The position numbers and the translations under genes are program-made. 64,000 nt of DNA, taken from positions 2,241,472-2,305,471 of the forward strand of contig OY969122.1 of assembly GCA_963698085.1 (NCBI GenBank). The letters are read 5' to 3'. A model generated the notes under the pieces. That model did not search any database and was not told where the DNA came from. It worked only from the letters and a program-made list of their open reading frames with translations. Of this stretch, positions 48,787 to 60,455 are shown piece after piece. How positions within the stretch are numbered: position 1 is the stretch's first letter; the number at the start of each line of letters is the position of its first letter. Source of the DNA: an uncultured Solirubrobacterales bacterium (GTDB lineage Bacteria > Actinomycetota > Thermoleophilia > Solirubrobacterales > 70-9).

Positions 48787-50656
48787 GGCCGTGTACCGGC
48801 GCTCGGACGAACTCGGCCCCCAGAGCAGCAATCGCTTGGCGCTGCGCATCGCCATCTTCGGCGGCGTCGCCATAGCCCTCTTCGCGGTTCTCTTCTTTCG
48901 CGTCTGGTTCCTGCAGGTGCTGAACGGCGAGGAGTACCTGGCCGAGGCGAGGAACAACCGCACCCGCGAGTTCCGGGTTACCGCCCCCCGCGGCGAGATC
49001 CTCGACCGCGAGGGCAGGGTTTTGGTTGCCAACCGAACCAGCCTCGCCCTGCAGGTCAACCCCCGCAAACTGCCCGCCGACCTCGGCGAGCGGCGGGCGG
49101 AGCTGGCGCAGCTTGCCGAGCTGACCCACAGCACGCTGCGGGGAGTGCGCAGGGCGCTCCGCGAAGGGGCGGAGCTGGCACCGGGCGCGCCCGTCACCCT
49201 GCGCCGCGACGTCGGCAGCTACCTCATCTACTACCTCGAGGAGAACCAGGACCGGTTCCCAGGCGTCGCGGTGGAGCGTGTCTTCGTTCGCCGCTACCCG
49301 CACGGGACGCTTGCCGCCCACCTCTTCGGCAACGTCGGCGAGGTCTCAAAAGAACAGCTGAAGGAACCGCGGTACCGCGGTCTCGAGCCCGGCGACAGGG
49401 TCGGCCAGGAAGGGGTCGAGTACCAGTACGACCGGCTGCTACGCGGCCGCCCCGGCGCGACCCGGATCCAGGTCGACTCGCTGGGCCGGCCGACCCCGGG
49501 CGGTCAGCAGGAAGTGGTCGAGCCGGCGCCGGGCAACAACCTGCGCCTGACGATCGACTCGGGCTTGCAGGAAGCGGGCGACGCCGCGCTCGCCGGCCAG
49601 GGCCTGGCGGGTGCCTACGTGGCGATGGACGTGCGCAGCGGCGCGATCCTCGCGATGGGCTCCAACCCGACCTTCGACCCCGAAGTGTTCACGCGCCCGC
49701 TCAGCCAGCGCCAGGTGAACGAGCTCTACCGCGACCCCGTCCTATCGCCGCTGACCAACCGCGCGATCGCCGGTGCCTACCCGACCGGCTCCACCTACAA
49801 GCCGATCACCTCGGTTGCGGCCCTGGCCAGCGGCGAGGTGACCACCAGCGAACCGATCCTCGACGACGGCGCCTTCACCCTCGGCGGCATCACCTTCGAA
49901 AACGCCGGCGGCGCCGCCTACGGCTCGATCGCGATGCAGACCGCGCTGCAGGTCTCCTCCGACGTCTTCTACTACACGCTCGGCGACCGCATGAACGGCA
50001 GCCCCGCCCTGCAGGAGTGGTCGCATCGGCTGGGCATCGGCCGCGAGAGCGGCATCGACCTGCCGGGCGAGCAGCCGGGCCTTTTGCCGACCCCGGCCTG
50101 GCGCAACCAGCTCTACAAAGAAGACTTGACCGAACGGCCTTGGTCAGCCGGCGACAACGTCAACCTCGCGGTCGGCCAGGGTGATCTGCAAGCCGACCCG
50201 CTGCAGATGGCCGTCGCCTACGCAACGATCGCCAACGGCGGCACGGTGCCCCGCCCGCACGTCGCCCTGCAGGTCGAAGACGCCGCCGGCCGGGTGCTGC
50301 GGGAATTCGAGCCAAAGCCCGCCCGCACGGTCAAGATCGATCCCGAGTGGCGCGAAACGATCCTCGCCGGATTGCACGGAGCAGCCCAGGAACCCGGCGG
50401 CACGTCCTACGGCGTCTTCGGTGGTTTTCCAGTCCCGGTCGCGGGCAAGACCGGCACGGCAGAGCGCCCCCCGTACGCCGATCAGTCATGGTATGTGGTA
50501 CTTGCTCCCTACCCAGACCCAGAGATCGTCGTCGCCGTGACTTTCGAGCAGGGTGGCTTCGGCGCCGACACGGCAGCCCCCGCCGCCCTGCAGATCCTCT
50601 CCGAGCGCTTTGGTAAAAGCGCCGAGCCGGTCGAAACCGCAGGGGCGGTCGAGTAG
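48776..50656 (+). CDS. mrdA: penicillin-binding protein 2 (elongasome transpeptidase)
   Basis: STYKP (SxxK), the SSD motif and KTGTA boxes. It lies between mreD and rodA. Confidence 0.93.
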   Translation: MEPEAVYRRSDELGPQSSNRLALRIAIFGGVAIALFAVLFFRVWFLQVLNGEEYLAEARNNRTREFRVTAPRGEILDREGRVLVANRTSLALQVNPRKLPADLGERRAELAQLAELTHSTLRGVRRALREGAELAPGAPVTLRRDVGSYLIYYLEENQDRFPGVAVERVFVRRYPHGTLAAHLFGNVGEVSKEQLKEPRYRGLEPGDRVGQEGVEYQYDRLLRGRPGATRIQVDSLGRPTPGGQQEVVEPAPGNNLRLTIDSGLQEAGDAALAGQGLAGAYVAMDVRSGAILAMGSNPTFDPEVFTRPLSQRQVNELYRDPVLSPLTNRAIAGAYPTGSTYKPITSVAALASGEVTTSEPILDDGAFTLGGITFENAGGAAYGSIAMQTALQVSSDVFYYTLGDRMNGSPALQEWSHRLGIGRESGIDLPGEQPGLLPTPAWRNQLYKEDLTERPWSAGDNVNLAVGQGDLQADPLQMAVAYATIANGGTVPRPHVALQVEDAAGRVLREFEPKPARTVKIDPEWRETILAGLHGAAQEPGGTSYGVFGGFPVPVAGKTGTAERPPYADQSWYVVLAPYPDPEIVVAVTFEQGGFGADTAAPAALQILSERFGKSAEPVETAGAVE

Positions 50657-50659
50657 CCC

Positions 50660-51856
50660 ATGTACGCAACCCGCACCCGTCGCTCCCGTCCCGAGCCCTT
50701 CGCCATGCGTCCCGGCATCGCCGAGCGCCTCGGCCTGCCCTACATGGACGCCACGCTCGGCCTCGCGGCGCTGGCCCTGGTCGCCTTCAGCGTCTTCGTG
50801 CTCGAGGAGGCGACCCGCGGAGACGTGCCCGGCAGCCCGGGCTATTTCTACGACCGCCAGGCGATCTACGCCGTGATCGGCCTCCTCGGCATGTACCTGC
50901 TGGCGCGGATCGACTACTCGCGCTTCCGCGAGCTGCGGGTCGGGATCTACACCTTCCTCTGTGCCAGCGTCACGCTCGTCCTCTTCTTCGGCTTCGCGGC
51001 GCGCGGCTCGCGGCGCTCGTTCGACCTTCCCTTCTTCAGCTTCCAGCCATCGGAGCTGGGCAAGCTCCTGCTCGTACTGGCGCTTGCCGGCTTCGTCATC
51101 GATGGCGCCCGGCGGGGCTCGGCACGGCAGCGCACGGTGCGCTACCTCTGCCTCGGCCTTGCCCCGGCTGCGCTCGTCTTCCTGCAGCCGGACCTCGGCA
51201 CCTCCCTGGTGTACGGGGCAATCACCCTCGCCGTGATGTACGTGGGGGGCGTCCCGTGGACGCACTTCGCGGTGATCGGCGCGGCTCTCGTCGCACTAGT
51301 AGGGCTCGTCCTCGTGATCGCTCCCGCAGTCGGGACGCCGATCTTGAAGGAATACCAGCAAGAGAGGCTTACCTCCTTTGCCGATCCCAGCGGGGACCCC
51401 AGCGACGCGGGCTACCAGCAAAACCAGGCCAAGATCGCCACCGGCTCCGGTGAGTTGACCGGGCGCGGCGATCGGGCCACCCAGACGCGGCTCGACTTTG
51501 TCCCTGAGCGGCACACCGACTTCATCTTCGCGGTGATCGGTGAGCGCTACGGATTCATGGGAGCCGCATTCGTCCTATCCCTATACGCCCTGCTGATCTG
51601 GCGGGCGCTGCGGATCGTGACGCTTTCGAAGAACTCATACGGGACCCTCGTAGCGGGCGGCATCGCCGCCATGCTGCTCTTTCAGGTCTTCGTCAACGTG
51701 GGGATGAACCTCGGGATCATGCCGATCACCGGGATCCCCTTGCCTTTGCTGAGCTACGGAGGTTCCTCCGTGCTCGCGACGTTGTTGGCGTTGGGAGTGC
51801 TTCAGAGCATCCACGTGCAAGCGCGCCTCAGCCAGAAAGGCAGGTTCGCCTGGTGA
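50660..51856 (+). CDS. rodA: rod shape-determining protein RodA (SEDS family)
   Basis: FtsW/RodA/SpoVE motifs QPSELGKL, HTDFIFAVIGE and PLPLLSYGGSS. Confidence 0.94.
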   Translation: MYATRTRRSRPEPFAMRPGIAERLGLPYMDATLGLAALALVAFSVFVLEEATRGDVPGSPGYFYDRQAIYAVIGLLGMYLLARIDYSRFRELRVGIYTFLCASVTLVLFFGFAARGSRRSFDLPFFSFQPSELGKLLLVLALAGFVIDGARRGSARQRTVRYLCLGLAPAALVFLQPDLGTSLVYGAITLAVMYVGGVPWTHFAVIGAALVALVGLVLVIAPAVGTPILKEYQQERLTSFADPSGDPSDAGYQQNQAKIATGSGELTGRGDRATQTRLDFVPERHTDFIFAVIGERYGFMGAAFVLSLYALLIWRALRIVTLSKNSYGTLVAGGIAAMLLFQVFVNVGMNLGIMPITGIPLPLLSYGGSSVLATLLALGVLQSIHVQARLSQKGRFAW

Positions 51857-51910
51857 TCCCTAGAAGGGGACCCGGCCATGCGTACCTATCTGAACTGAGC
51901 TGAAACACAG

Positions 51911-53767
51911 ATGAAAAAAACCATCCTGGTGTCCGCCGATCGCGGCGAGACCCGTGTTGCCGTCCTCGAGTCGAAGACGAAAGGCGGCAAACGAGACGTG
52001 GCGGAGCTCTACATAGAGCGCCGCGGCCGGCGGTCGATCGTCGGCAATATCTACAAGGGGAAGGTCGACAACGTCCTCCCCGGTATGGAGGCCGCCTTCG
52101 TCGACATCGGCCTCGAGCGCAACGGCTTCCTGCACGTCGACGAGATCGTCCTGCCGGGCGGCGAGCAGGCGCGGAAGCGCGGCCGCGGCAGCGGCCGCAA
52201 GATCAGCGAGCTGATCAAATCGGGCCAGGAGATCCTGGTCCAGGTCGTCAAGGACCCGCTCAAGTCAAAGGGCGCACGGCTCTCGATGAACCTCTCGATC
52301 GCCGGCCGTTACCTCGTATACGCACCGCAGGGAAGCGGCGTCGGCGTCAGCCGGCGGCTGTCTGAATCCGAGCGCGACCGGCTGCGCAAGATGGTCGACC
52401 GCACTTACAAGGGACCCGGCGGGCTGATTGTCCGCACGGCCGCCCACGGTGCCAAAAAATCCGACTTCGTACGCGAGGTCGGCTACCTGCACAAGCTGTA
52501 TGAGGTGCTCAAGCGGCGCGCCGAGAAGACCAAAGGGCTGGGCCTGATCTTCCAGGAGGCCGACCTGCCGGTGCGGGTGCTGCGCGACGTCTTCCTCTCC
52601 GACTTCGAAAAAGCGGTGATCGACTCGCCCAAGCAGCTCGATCGGGTGACCAATTTCTTCCAGCGCACCGCGCCGGAGTTGGTCGACAAAGTCGAGCTGT
52701 ACGAGGGTACGAAGCCGCTATTGGAGAAATGGGGGATCGACAAGGAGATCGAGTCCACCCTCGTCCGCCGGGTCGACTTGCCTTCGGGCGGTTACCTGAT
52801 CATCGATTACACCGAGGCGCTGACCGTGATCGACGTCAACAGCGGCAGCTTCACCGGCCGCGGCAAAGGCGGCCTCGAGGAGACGATCACCAGGGTCAAC
52901 ACCGAGGCCGCCGATGAGGCGGTGCGGCAGCTGCGGCTGCGCGATATCGGCGGCATCATCGTCATCGACTTCATCGACATGGCGCGGGCGAAAAACCGCG
53001 ACAAAGTGCTGAAAACGCTGCGCAAAGCGCTCGATGCCGATAAGTCAAAGAGCTATGTGGTGGAGGTTTCTCCGCTCGGATTAGTCGAGATGACGCGCCA
53101 GAACATCACCGACGGCGTGCGCGAGATTCTCACTGCACCCTGCCCGACTTGCGCCGGAGAGGGCGTCGTGCTCTCGGCCGAGACGGTGGCCCTGGAGGGG
53201 CTGCGCCAGATGCGCGAGATGGCCGCCGAGGATGCGGACGCCGAGGCGTTCCTGCTGCGGGTGAACCCGAAGGTGGCGGCGGAGCTGATCGAGCCCGACA
53301 GCGGTCTGGCCGAGCTCGAGGAGGAAACCGGGAGGCAGTTCCACTTCGAGGGCGGCGACGCGCTCGCGATCGACACCTTCGAGCTGGTCGAAGCGGGCAG
53401 CCGCGCCCAGATCGAGGAGCGGGCACTGCCCTTCAAGGTCGGCGAGGAGGTCCTGGTCACAATCGAGGAGCCGCACATGTACAACGCCGACGACGCGGTC
53501 GCGAGGATCGACTCCTACATCGTCAGCGTCAGCGGCGGCGGACCTTACGTCGGTGACCGCAAGATGGTGCGAATCGAGCGGGTCGAGCGGGCGGCAGCGG
53601 TTGCTTCGCTGCTTGCTGATCCGGCTGGCAACGGCGCCAACGGCGGCGGACCTGACGCATCGAAGTCCGAGGCTCTAGAATCCGCGCCCTCGCGCAGTAG
53701 CCGTCGTGGCCGCAGGGGTGGTCAGGGCCGGTCGCGCTCCACTTCACAGAGCGGCAAGGACGAATGA
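51911..53767 (+). CDS. rne: ribonuclease E/G family protein
   Basis: S1 domain GNIYKGKVDNVLPGMEAAFVDIGLERNGFLH, catalytic IDVNSG, and DFIDM. 618 aa. Confidence 0.92.
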   Translation: MKKTILVSADRGETRVAVLESKTKGGKRDVAELYIERRGRRSIVGNIYKGKVDNVLPGMEAAFVDIGLERNGFLHVDEIVLPGGEQARKRGRGSGRKISELIKSGQEILVQVVKDPLKSKGARLSMNLSIAGRYLVYAPQGSGVGVSRRLSESERDRLRKMVDRTYKGPGGLIVRTAAHGAKKSDFVREVGYLHKLYEVLKRRAEKTKGLGLIFQEADLPVRVLRDVFLSDFEKAVIDSPKQLDRVTNFFQRTAPELVDKVELYEGTKPLLEKWGIDKEIESTLVRRVDLPSGGYLIIDYTEALTVIDVNSGSFTGRGKGGLEETITRVNTEAADEAVRQLRLRDIGGIIVIDFIDMARAKNRDKVLKTLRKALDADKSKSYVVEVSPLGLVEMTRQNITDGVREILTAPCPTCAGEGVVLSAETVALEGLRQMREMAAEDADAEAFLLRVNPKVAAELIEPDSGLAELEEETGRQFHFEGGDALAIDTFELVEAGSRAQIEERALPFKVGEEVLVTIEEPHMYNADDAVARIDSYIVSVSGGGPYVGDRKMVRIERVERAAAVASLLADPAGNGANGGGPDASKSEALESAPSRSSRRGRRGGQGRSRSTSQSGKDE

Positions 53768-54222
53768 GCACGTACGCAGTCATAGAGAGCGGTGGCAAGC
53801 AGTACAAGGTCGAGAAGGGCAGCTCGCTGCTCGTCGACCGGCTTAGCGCCAAAGAGGGCGACAAAGTCGCCCTCCGCGCCGTGCTCTTCCGCGACAAAGA
53901 AATAATTGCCGAGCCGGTGGAGCTGGAGAAGGTCAAAGTCGAGGCGACCGTCGCCGAGCACCTGCGCGGGCCGAAGATCAAGGTCTTCAAATACAAGCCA
54001 AAGAAGGGCTACCGGCGCCGCGCCGGCCACCGCTCCGAGCTGACCCGGCTCGAGGTGACCGAGCTCAAGCTCGGTAGCCGCAAAGTGGCGCCGGCCGAGA
54101 AAAAAGAGGCGGCCAAGCCGAAAGCCGAGGCCAAACCGAAAGCAGCTGCTAAAAAACCTGCTGCGAAGAAACCTGCGGCCAAAAAAGCCGCGACCAAAAA
54201 GGACTCCGACGATGGCTCATAA
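53764..54222 (+). CDS. rplU: 50S ribosomal protein L21 with Lys/Ala-rich C-terminal tail
   Basis: [23 protein letters not shown] overlap with the RNase E/G stop. Tail: [30 protein letters not shown]. Confidence 0.95.
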   Translation: MSTYAVIESGGKQYKVEKGSSLLVDRLSAKEGDKVALRAVLFRDKEIIAEPVELEKVKVEATVAEHLRGPKIKVFKYKPKKGYRRRAGHRSELTRLEVTELKLGSRKVAPAEKKEAAKPKAEAKPKAAAKKPAAKKPAAKKAATKKDSDDGS

Positions 54223-54463
54223 GAAAGGGCTCGGCTCCAGTCGCAACGGCCGCGAATCCAACCCCAACATGCTCGGGGTCAAGGTCTTCGCCGGCCAGAA
54301 GGTCAGCGGCGGCGAGATCATCGTGCGCCAGCGCGGCACGCGGTTCTGGCCCGGCGACGGTGTCGGCCTCGGCCGCGATCACACGATCTTTGCGACTCAG
54401 GCGGGGACTGTGCAGTTCAAGCCTTCGCGCAAGGGCCGCACGATCTCGGTTCTGTCGGACTAG
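54212..54463 (+). CDS. rpmA: 50S ribosomal protein L27
   Basis: [29 protein letters not shown]...[10 protein letters not shown]. Confidence 0.96.
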   Translation: MAHKKGLGSSRNGRESNPNMLGVKVFAGQKVSGGEIIVRQRGTRFWPGDGVGLGRDHTIFATQAGTVQFKPSRKGRTISVLSD

Positions 54464-54469
54464 CGCTTA

Positions 54470-54590
54470 GGGAGGGGCGGGGTGTCCCTCCCGCTTGCTG
54501 GGTTTTTCGCCAGAAGCGCTTAGGCTGTCCGCCGGTCCGACAGGGCGAAAAAGAGGACGCCGCTGCGCGAGAGGGACACCCCGCCCCTCC
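54470..54590 (+). repeat. nested-hairpin repeat element, copy A
   Basis: The 24-nt outer arms (54471-54494 / 54567-54590) are complementary with 1 mismatch. The inner stem is tttttcgcc / ggcgaaaaa. The left 44 nt and right 48 nt each differ from copy B at 1 position. Confidence 0.85.
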
Positions 54591-54623
54591 TCGTCGATCT
54601 GGCAGAACCTCGTGCGCAAGCTT

Positions 54624-54660
54624 CAAAAAAGAAGGCGGCCCCGAAGGGCCGCCTCTTTAA
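54624..54660. terminator. bidirectional intrinsic terminator (stronger for the minus strand)
   Basis: The stem aggcggccc / gggccgcct has 9 bp (8 G-C pairs plus one A-T) around a cgaa loop. It is flanked by aaaaaa on the left, which is a U-tract for the minus strand, and ctcttt on the right. Confidence 0.7.
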
Positions 54661-54713
54661 TCGGGGTGCCGCCGGATACATCCGCGACTCCGGAATGACT
54701 TGTCTAAGTATAG

Positions 54714-54783
54714 CGCCCGGGGCGGGAGTCGAACCCGCCAGCCCCGATTAGTCATTCCGGGGTCCGCATCCGTCGGCCCGGGC
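54714..54783 (-). ncRNA. degenerate tRNA-like element (not a canonical tRNA)
   Basis: On the minus strand there is a perfect 7-bp acceptor gcccggg/cccgggc and a canonical T arm gcggg-ttcgact-cccgc. However, the D region is only 12 nt, the anticodon-like stem ccccg/cgggg encloses an 11-nt loop, and the variable region is 3 nt. Confidence 0.4.
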
Positions 54784-54887
54784 GCACCGCCACTGGCGGC
54801 ATTCGGAATGTATTGGCTGAATTCGTGCCTGAGGGCGGCCGGTCCTAGAAATGACAGTTCTGCGATTGAACTTTTTGATTTCTGTGA

Positions 54888-57101
<2,214 letters not shown>

Positions 57102-57150
57102 GCACTCAGATTAGTAGCGTGCGGTCACACCTACCTAGGAGATTCTGAGC

Positions 57151-57948
57151 GTGTCAACGACCCAGCAAGAGAAAGCCGCCAGCTTCCGCGCCCTGCACGA
57201 GGGTGAGACGTTCGTCATCCCCAACCCCTGGGATGCGGGCTCGGCGCGAGTGATGGAGGCGCTTGGGTTCAAGGCACTGGCGACGACCAGCGCCGGGTTT
57301 GCCTTCACCCTGGGGCGCCTGGACAGCGGCGTCACGCTCGACGAGTTGGCCGAGCATGTAGAGACTCTGGTTCGGGCGAGCGACCTGCCGGTCTCGGTCG
57401 ACATTGAGAACGGCTACGGCCCCGATCCGGAGGACGCGGCAACGGCGGTCACGCGGGTCGCCGAAGCGGGGGCGGTAGGCGGCTCGATTGAGGACTTCGA
57501 CCCCGAGGACGGGATCTACGCCTTTGACCATGCCGTCGAGCGGGTCGCGGCAGCGGTCGAGGCGGCCCGGCGGCTGGATTTCCCGTTCACCTTCACGGCG
57601 CGCGCCGAGAACTACGTCCGTGGCAATCCCGATCTCGACGACACGATTGCGCGTCTGCAGGCGTACGAGCAGGCGGGCGCCGATGTCCTCTACGCGCCCC
57701 GTCTGGGTCGCACGGACGAGATCCGGGCGGTATGCGATGCCACGACCAAGCCGGTCAACGTGCTCGCCCAGCCGCATCTCTCGGTGAGCGAGATCGCCGC
57801 CGCCGGCGGACGCCGGATCAGCGTCGGCGGTCTTCTGACCTGGGTCGCGGTCGAGGCGATGGCGGACGCGGCCGAGCGTATCCGCGACGAGGGCGACCTG
57901 TCGGGGTTGAAGCTTTCCGGCCGCGTCGGGGAGTGGCTTGCCCCATGA
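57151..57948 (+). CDS. isocitrate lyase/PEP mutase family protein
   Basis: FRALHEGETFVIPNPWDAGSARVMEALGFKALATTSAG and DIENGYG. Confidence 0.85.
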   Translation: MSTTQQEKAASFRALHEGETFVIPNPWDAGSARVMEALGFKALATTSAGFAFTLGRLDSGVTLDELAEHVETLVRASDLPVSVDIENGYGPDPEDAATAVTRVAEAGAVGGSIEDFDPEDGIYAFDHAVERVAAAVEAARRLDFPFTFTARAENYVRGNPDLDDTIARLQAYEQAGADVLYAPRLGRTDEIRAVCDATTKPVNVLAQPHLSVSEIAAAGGRRISVGGLLTWVAVEAMADAAERIRDEGDLSGLKLSGRVGEWLAP

Positions 57949-59036
57949 CCCTCGTCGTCAAGCTCGGTTCCTCGATCGTCGCCGCCGACGACGGCGAGCT
58001 GCGCGCCGACGTGCTCGACTCGGTCTGCACTCAGGTGGCGGAGCTAGAGCAGGGGGACGAGCGGGTGGTGATGGTCACCTCCGGCGCGATCGCGCGTGGG
58101 ATGCGGCTGATGGGTATGTCAGCGCGCCCGCGGGCGATGGACGAGCTGCAGGCCGCCTCGGCGGTCGGCCAGGGCGATCTCTTTCGGGCCTACCAGTCTC
58201 GGTTGGCCGAGCGGGGTTCGCGGGCGGCACAGGTGCTGCTGACCGCCGCCGACATCGCCGCCCGCACCAACTACCTGAATGCGCGGCAGACGCTGCGACG
58301 ACTGATCGAGTGGGGCGTGGTCCCGGTCGTCAACGAGAACGACACGACCGCAACTGATGAGATCAGCTTCGGCGACAACGACTTCCTCGCTGCTCAAGTG
58401 GCGATCCTGCTCGACGCCAGGCTGCTGGTGCTGCTCTCCGACGTGGATGGTCTCTACCCCAGCGATCCACGTCTCGACCCCGGGGTTGAGCTGATCACGG
58501 CGGTCGACGATTTCGGCGAGCTGACCGGAATGGAGATCGGCGATCGCACCTCCGCCTTCGGCTCGGGCGGCATGCGCAGCAAGGTCTCAGCTGCCGAGAT
58601 GGCCGCTGAGTCGGGCATCTCGGCAGTGATCTGCAACGGCACGAAGGAGGGAACGCTGTTGGCCGCCGCCGCTGGCGAGAGCGCCACCGGCACGCGCTTC
58701 CCGGCGCGGGCGGGCAAGGAATCGAGCTTCAAGCTCTGGCTCAGATACGCGAAGCCGGCGAGAGGCCGGCTCCTCGTCGACGATGGGGCCGCCCGCGTCC
58801 TGCGCGAGAGCGGCTCCAGTTTGCTACCAGTAGGCATCGTCGGGGTCGACGGGGACTTCAAGGCCGGTGACGCTGTCGAGGTTGCGGCCAGGGGAGGCGT
58901 GCTCGGCAAGGGAATAGCCGACTATGCCTCCCACGAGCTCTCCCGGGTGATCGGGCTGAAGACCGAGCAGGTTCGAGAACTCCTTCCCTATGCCGCCGAT
59001 GAGGTCATCCACCGGGACCGCTTCGTGCTGCTGTAG
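57945..59036 (+). CDS. proB: glutamate 5-kinase
   Basis: ATG 57945 (ATGA overlap with the upstream stop) gives MTLVVKLGSSIVA..., VTSGAIARG, NENDT, and a C-terminal PUA domain. Confidence 0.94.
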   Translation: MTLVVKLGSSIVAADDGELRADVLDSVCTQVAELEQGDERVVMVTSGAIARGMRLMGMSARPRAMDELQAASAVGQGDLFRAYQSRLAERGSRAAQVLLTAADIAARTNYLNARQTLRRLIEWGVVPVVNENDTTATDEISFGDNDFLAAQVAILLDARLLVLLSDVDGLYPSDPRLDPGVELITAVDDFGELTGMEIGDRTSAFGSGGMRSKVSAAEMAAESGISAVICNGTKEGTLLAAAAGESATGTRFPARAGKESSFKLWLRYAKPARGRLLVDDGAARVLRESGSSLLPVGIVGVDGDFKAGDAVEVAARGGVLGKGIADYASHELSRVIGLKTEQVRELLPYAADEVIHRDRFVLL

Positions 59037-59048
59037 CTCTGGGCGTCC

Positions 59049-59173
59049 GGGGAGGGGCGGGGTGTCCCTCTCGCTTGCTGGGTTTTTCGCCAGGAACGAT
59101 TTTCGGCTGTCCGCATGCGCATCCGGGGCGAAAAAGAGGACGCCGCTTCGCGAGAGGGACACCCCGCCCCTCC
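59049..59173 (+). repeat. nested-hairpin repeat element, copy B
   Basis: The 24-nt outer arms 59051-59074 / 59150-59173 are perfectly complementary (checked base by base). It has the same inner tttttcgcc/ggcgaaaaa stem as copy A. It lies between proB and proA. Confidence 0.88.
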
Positions 59174-59189
59174 TGGGTACCCTGTGCGC

Positions 59190-60455
59190 ATGGCTATGAC
59201 CGTCACCTCGATCACCGAGAACTGTGCTGCGGCACAGCGGGCGGCGCGGGAGCTGGGTGGTGCTCCGACCAAGACCAAGGACGCTGCGCTCGGCGCGATT
59301 GCGAGGCTGCTCGGGGAGCGGGTCGGGGATGTGCTGGAGGCGAATGCGGCCGATCTGGCCGACGAGCGGGCCGACGGCCTGACGCCGGCGCTGCGGGACC
59401 GGCTGGCACTGAGTGAGGAGCGAATCGTCGCGATGGCCGATGGGGTGCGCGCCGTGGCTGCCCTCGACGACCCGGTGGGCGAGGAGCTGGAAAGGAAACA
59501 GCTGGACAGCGGGCTCGACCTGCGCAAGGTCCGCGTGCCGTTGGGTGTCGTCGCGGTGGTCTACGAGGCACGACCGAACGTGACGATCGATTGCGCGGCG
59601 CTGACGATCAAGAGCGGCAACGCGATCGTCCTGCGCGGCTCGCATTACGCCGAGCGCACCAACGGGGCGCTGGCGGCAATCGCGCGCGAAGCGCTCGTTG
59701 AGGTGGGCCTGCCGGAGGACGCGGTGCTGCTGCTGGCCGGCGGCGGTCACGAGGACTTAGCCGAGCTGGCGACCCAGGAGGAGACGGTCGACCTGCTGAT
59801 CCCGCGCGGCGGCGAAGGCTTGAAGAACGCGCTGAAGGACGTGGCGACGGTGCCGGTGATCTACGCCGCCGCCGGCAACTGTCATGTCTACGTCCATGCC
59901 GAGGCCGACCTGGAGGTGGCGCGGCGGATCGTGGTCAACGCGAAGACGCAGCGGCCCGGCGTCTGCAATGCCGCCGAGACGCTGCTGGTCGATGCCGCGG
60001 TTGCGGATGAGTTTCTGCCCCTGGCACTTGCCGAGCTGCGCGAGGCCGGTGTCGAGCTGGTCGGGGACGAGCGCGCCCGTGCTCATGCCGGCGGCGTCGA
60101 GATCGGGGTTGCCGATGAGGGCGATTGGGACAGCGAGTACCTCGACCTGAAGCTGGCCGTGGCCGTCGTCGACTCGCTCGAGGGCGCGGTCGATCACGTC
60201 AACCGTTACGGCACCCGGCACTCGGAGGCGATTGTCACCCGCTCCGAGGAAGCCTCGGCGCGCTTCAGCGCCGCCGTCGACGCCGCGGTCGTCTACACCA
60301 ACGCCTCGACCCGCTTCACCGACGGCTTCGAGTTCGGCTTGGGTGCCGAGATCGGCAACTCGACCCAGAAGCTGCACGCCCGCGGTCCGATCGGGTTGCG
60401 AGAGTTGACCACCTACAAGTACGTCGTCCACGGCGACGGCCAAGTGCGTGAGTAG
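59190..60455 (+). CDS. proA: glutamate-5-semialdehyde dehydrogenase
   Basis: MAMTVTSITENCAAAQRAAREL..., VCNAAETLLV (catalytic Cys), and HTEAI-like RHSEAIVT. The start could also be GTG 59184 or ATG 59196. Confidence 0.94.
   Translation: MAMTVTSITENCAAAQRAARELGGAPTKTKDAALGAIARLLGERVGDVLEANAADLADERADGLTPALRDRLALSEERIVAMADGVRAVAALDDPVGEELERKQLDSGLDLRKVRVPLGVVAVVYEARPNVTIDCAALTIKSGNAIVLRGSHYAERTNGALAAIAREALVEVGLPEDAVLLLAGGGHEDLAELATQEETVDLLIPRGGEGLKNALKDVATVPVIYAAAGNCHVYVHAEADLEVARRIVVNAKTQRPGVCNAAETLLVDAAVADEFLPLALAELREAGVELVGDERARAHAGGVEIGVADEGDWDSEYLDLKLAVAVVDSLEGAVDHVNRYGTRHSEAIVTRSEEASARFSAAVDAAVVYTNASTRFTDGFEFGLGAEIGNSTQKLHARGPIGLRELTTYKYVVHGDGQVRE

Noticed and set aside
54495-54698. Small ORFs through the hairpin repeats: MLGFSPEALRL... 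here, MLGFSPGTIFG... at 59075..59416, and their minus-strand partners.
   Set aside because: The shared peptide starts are a by-product of the repeated, self-complementary DNA. There is no coding bias and they cross terminator or hairpin structures.
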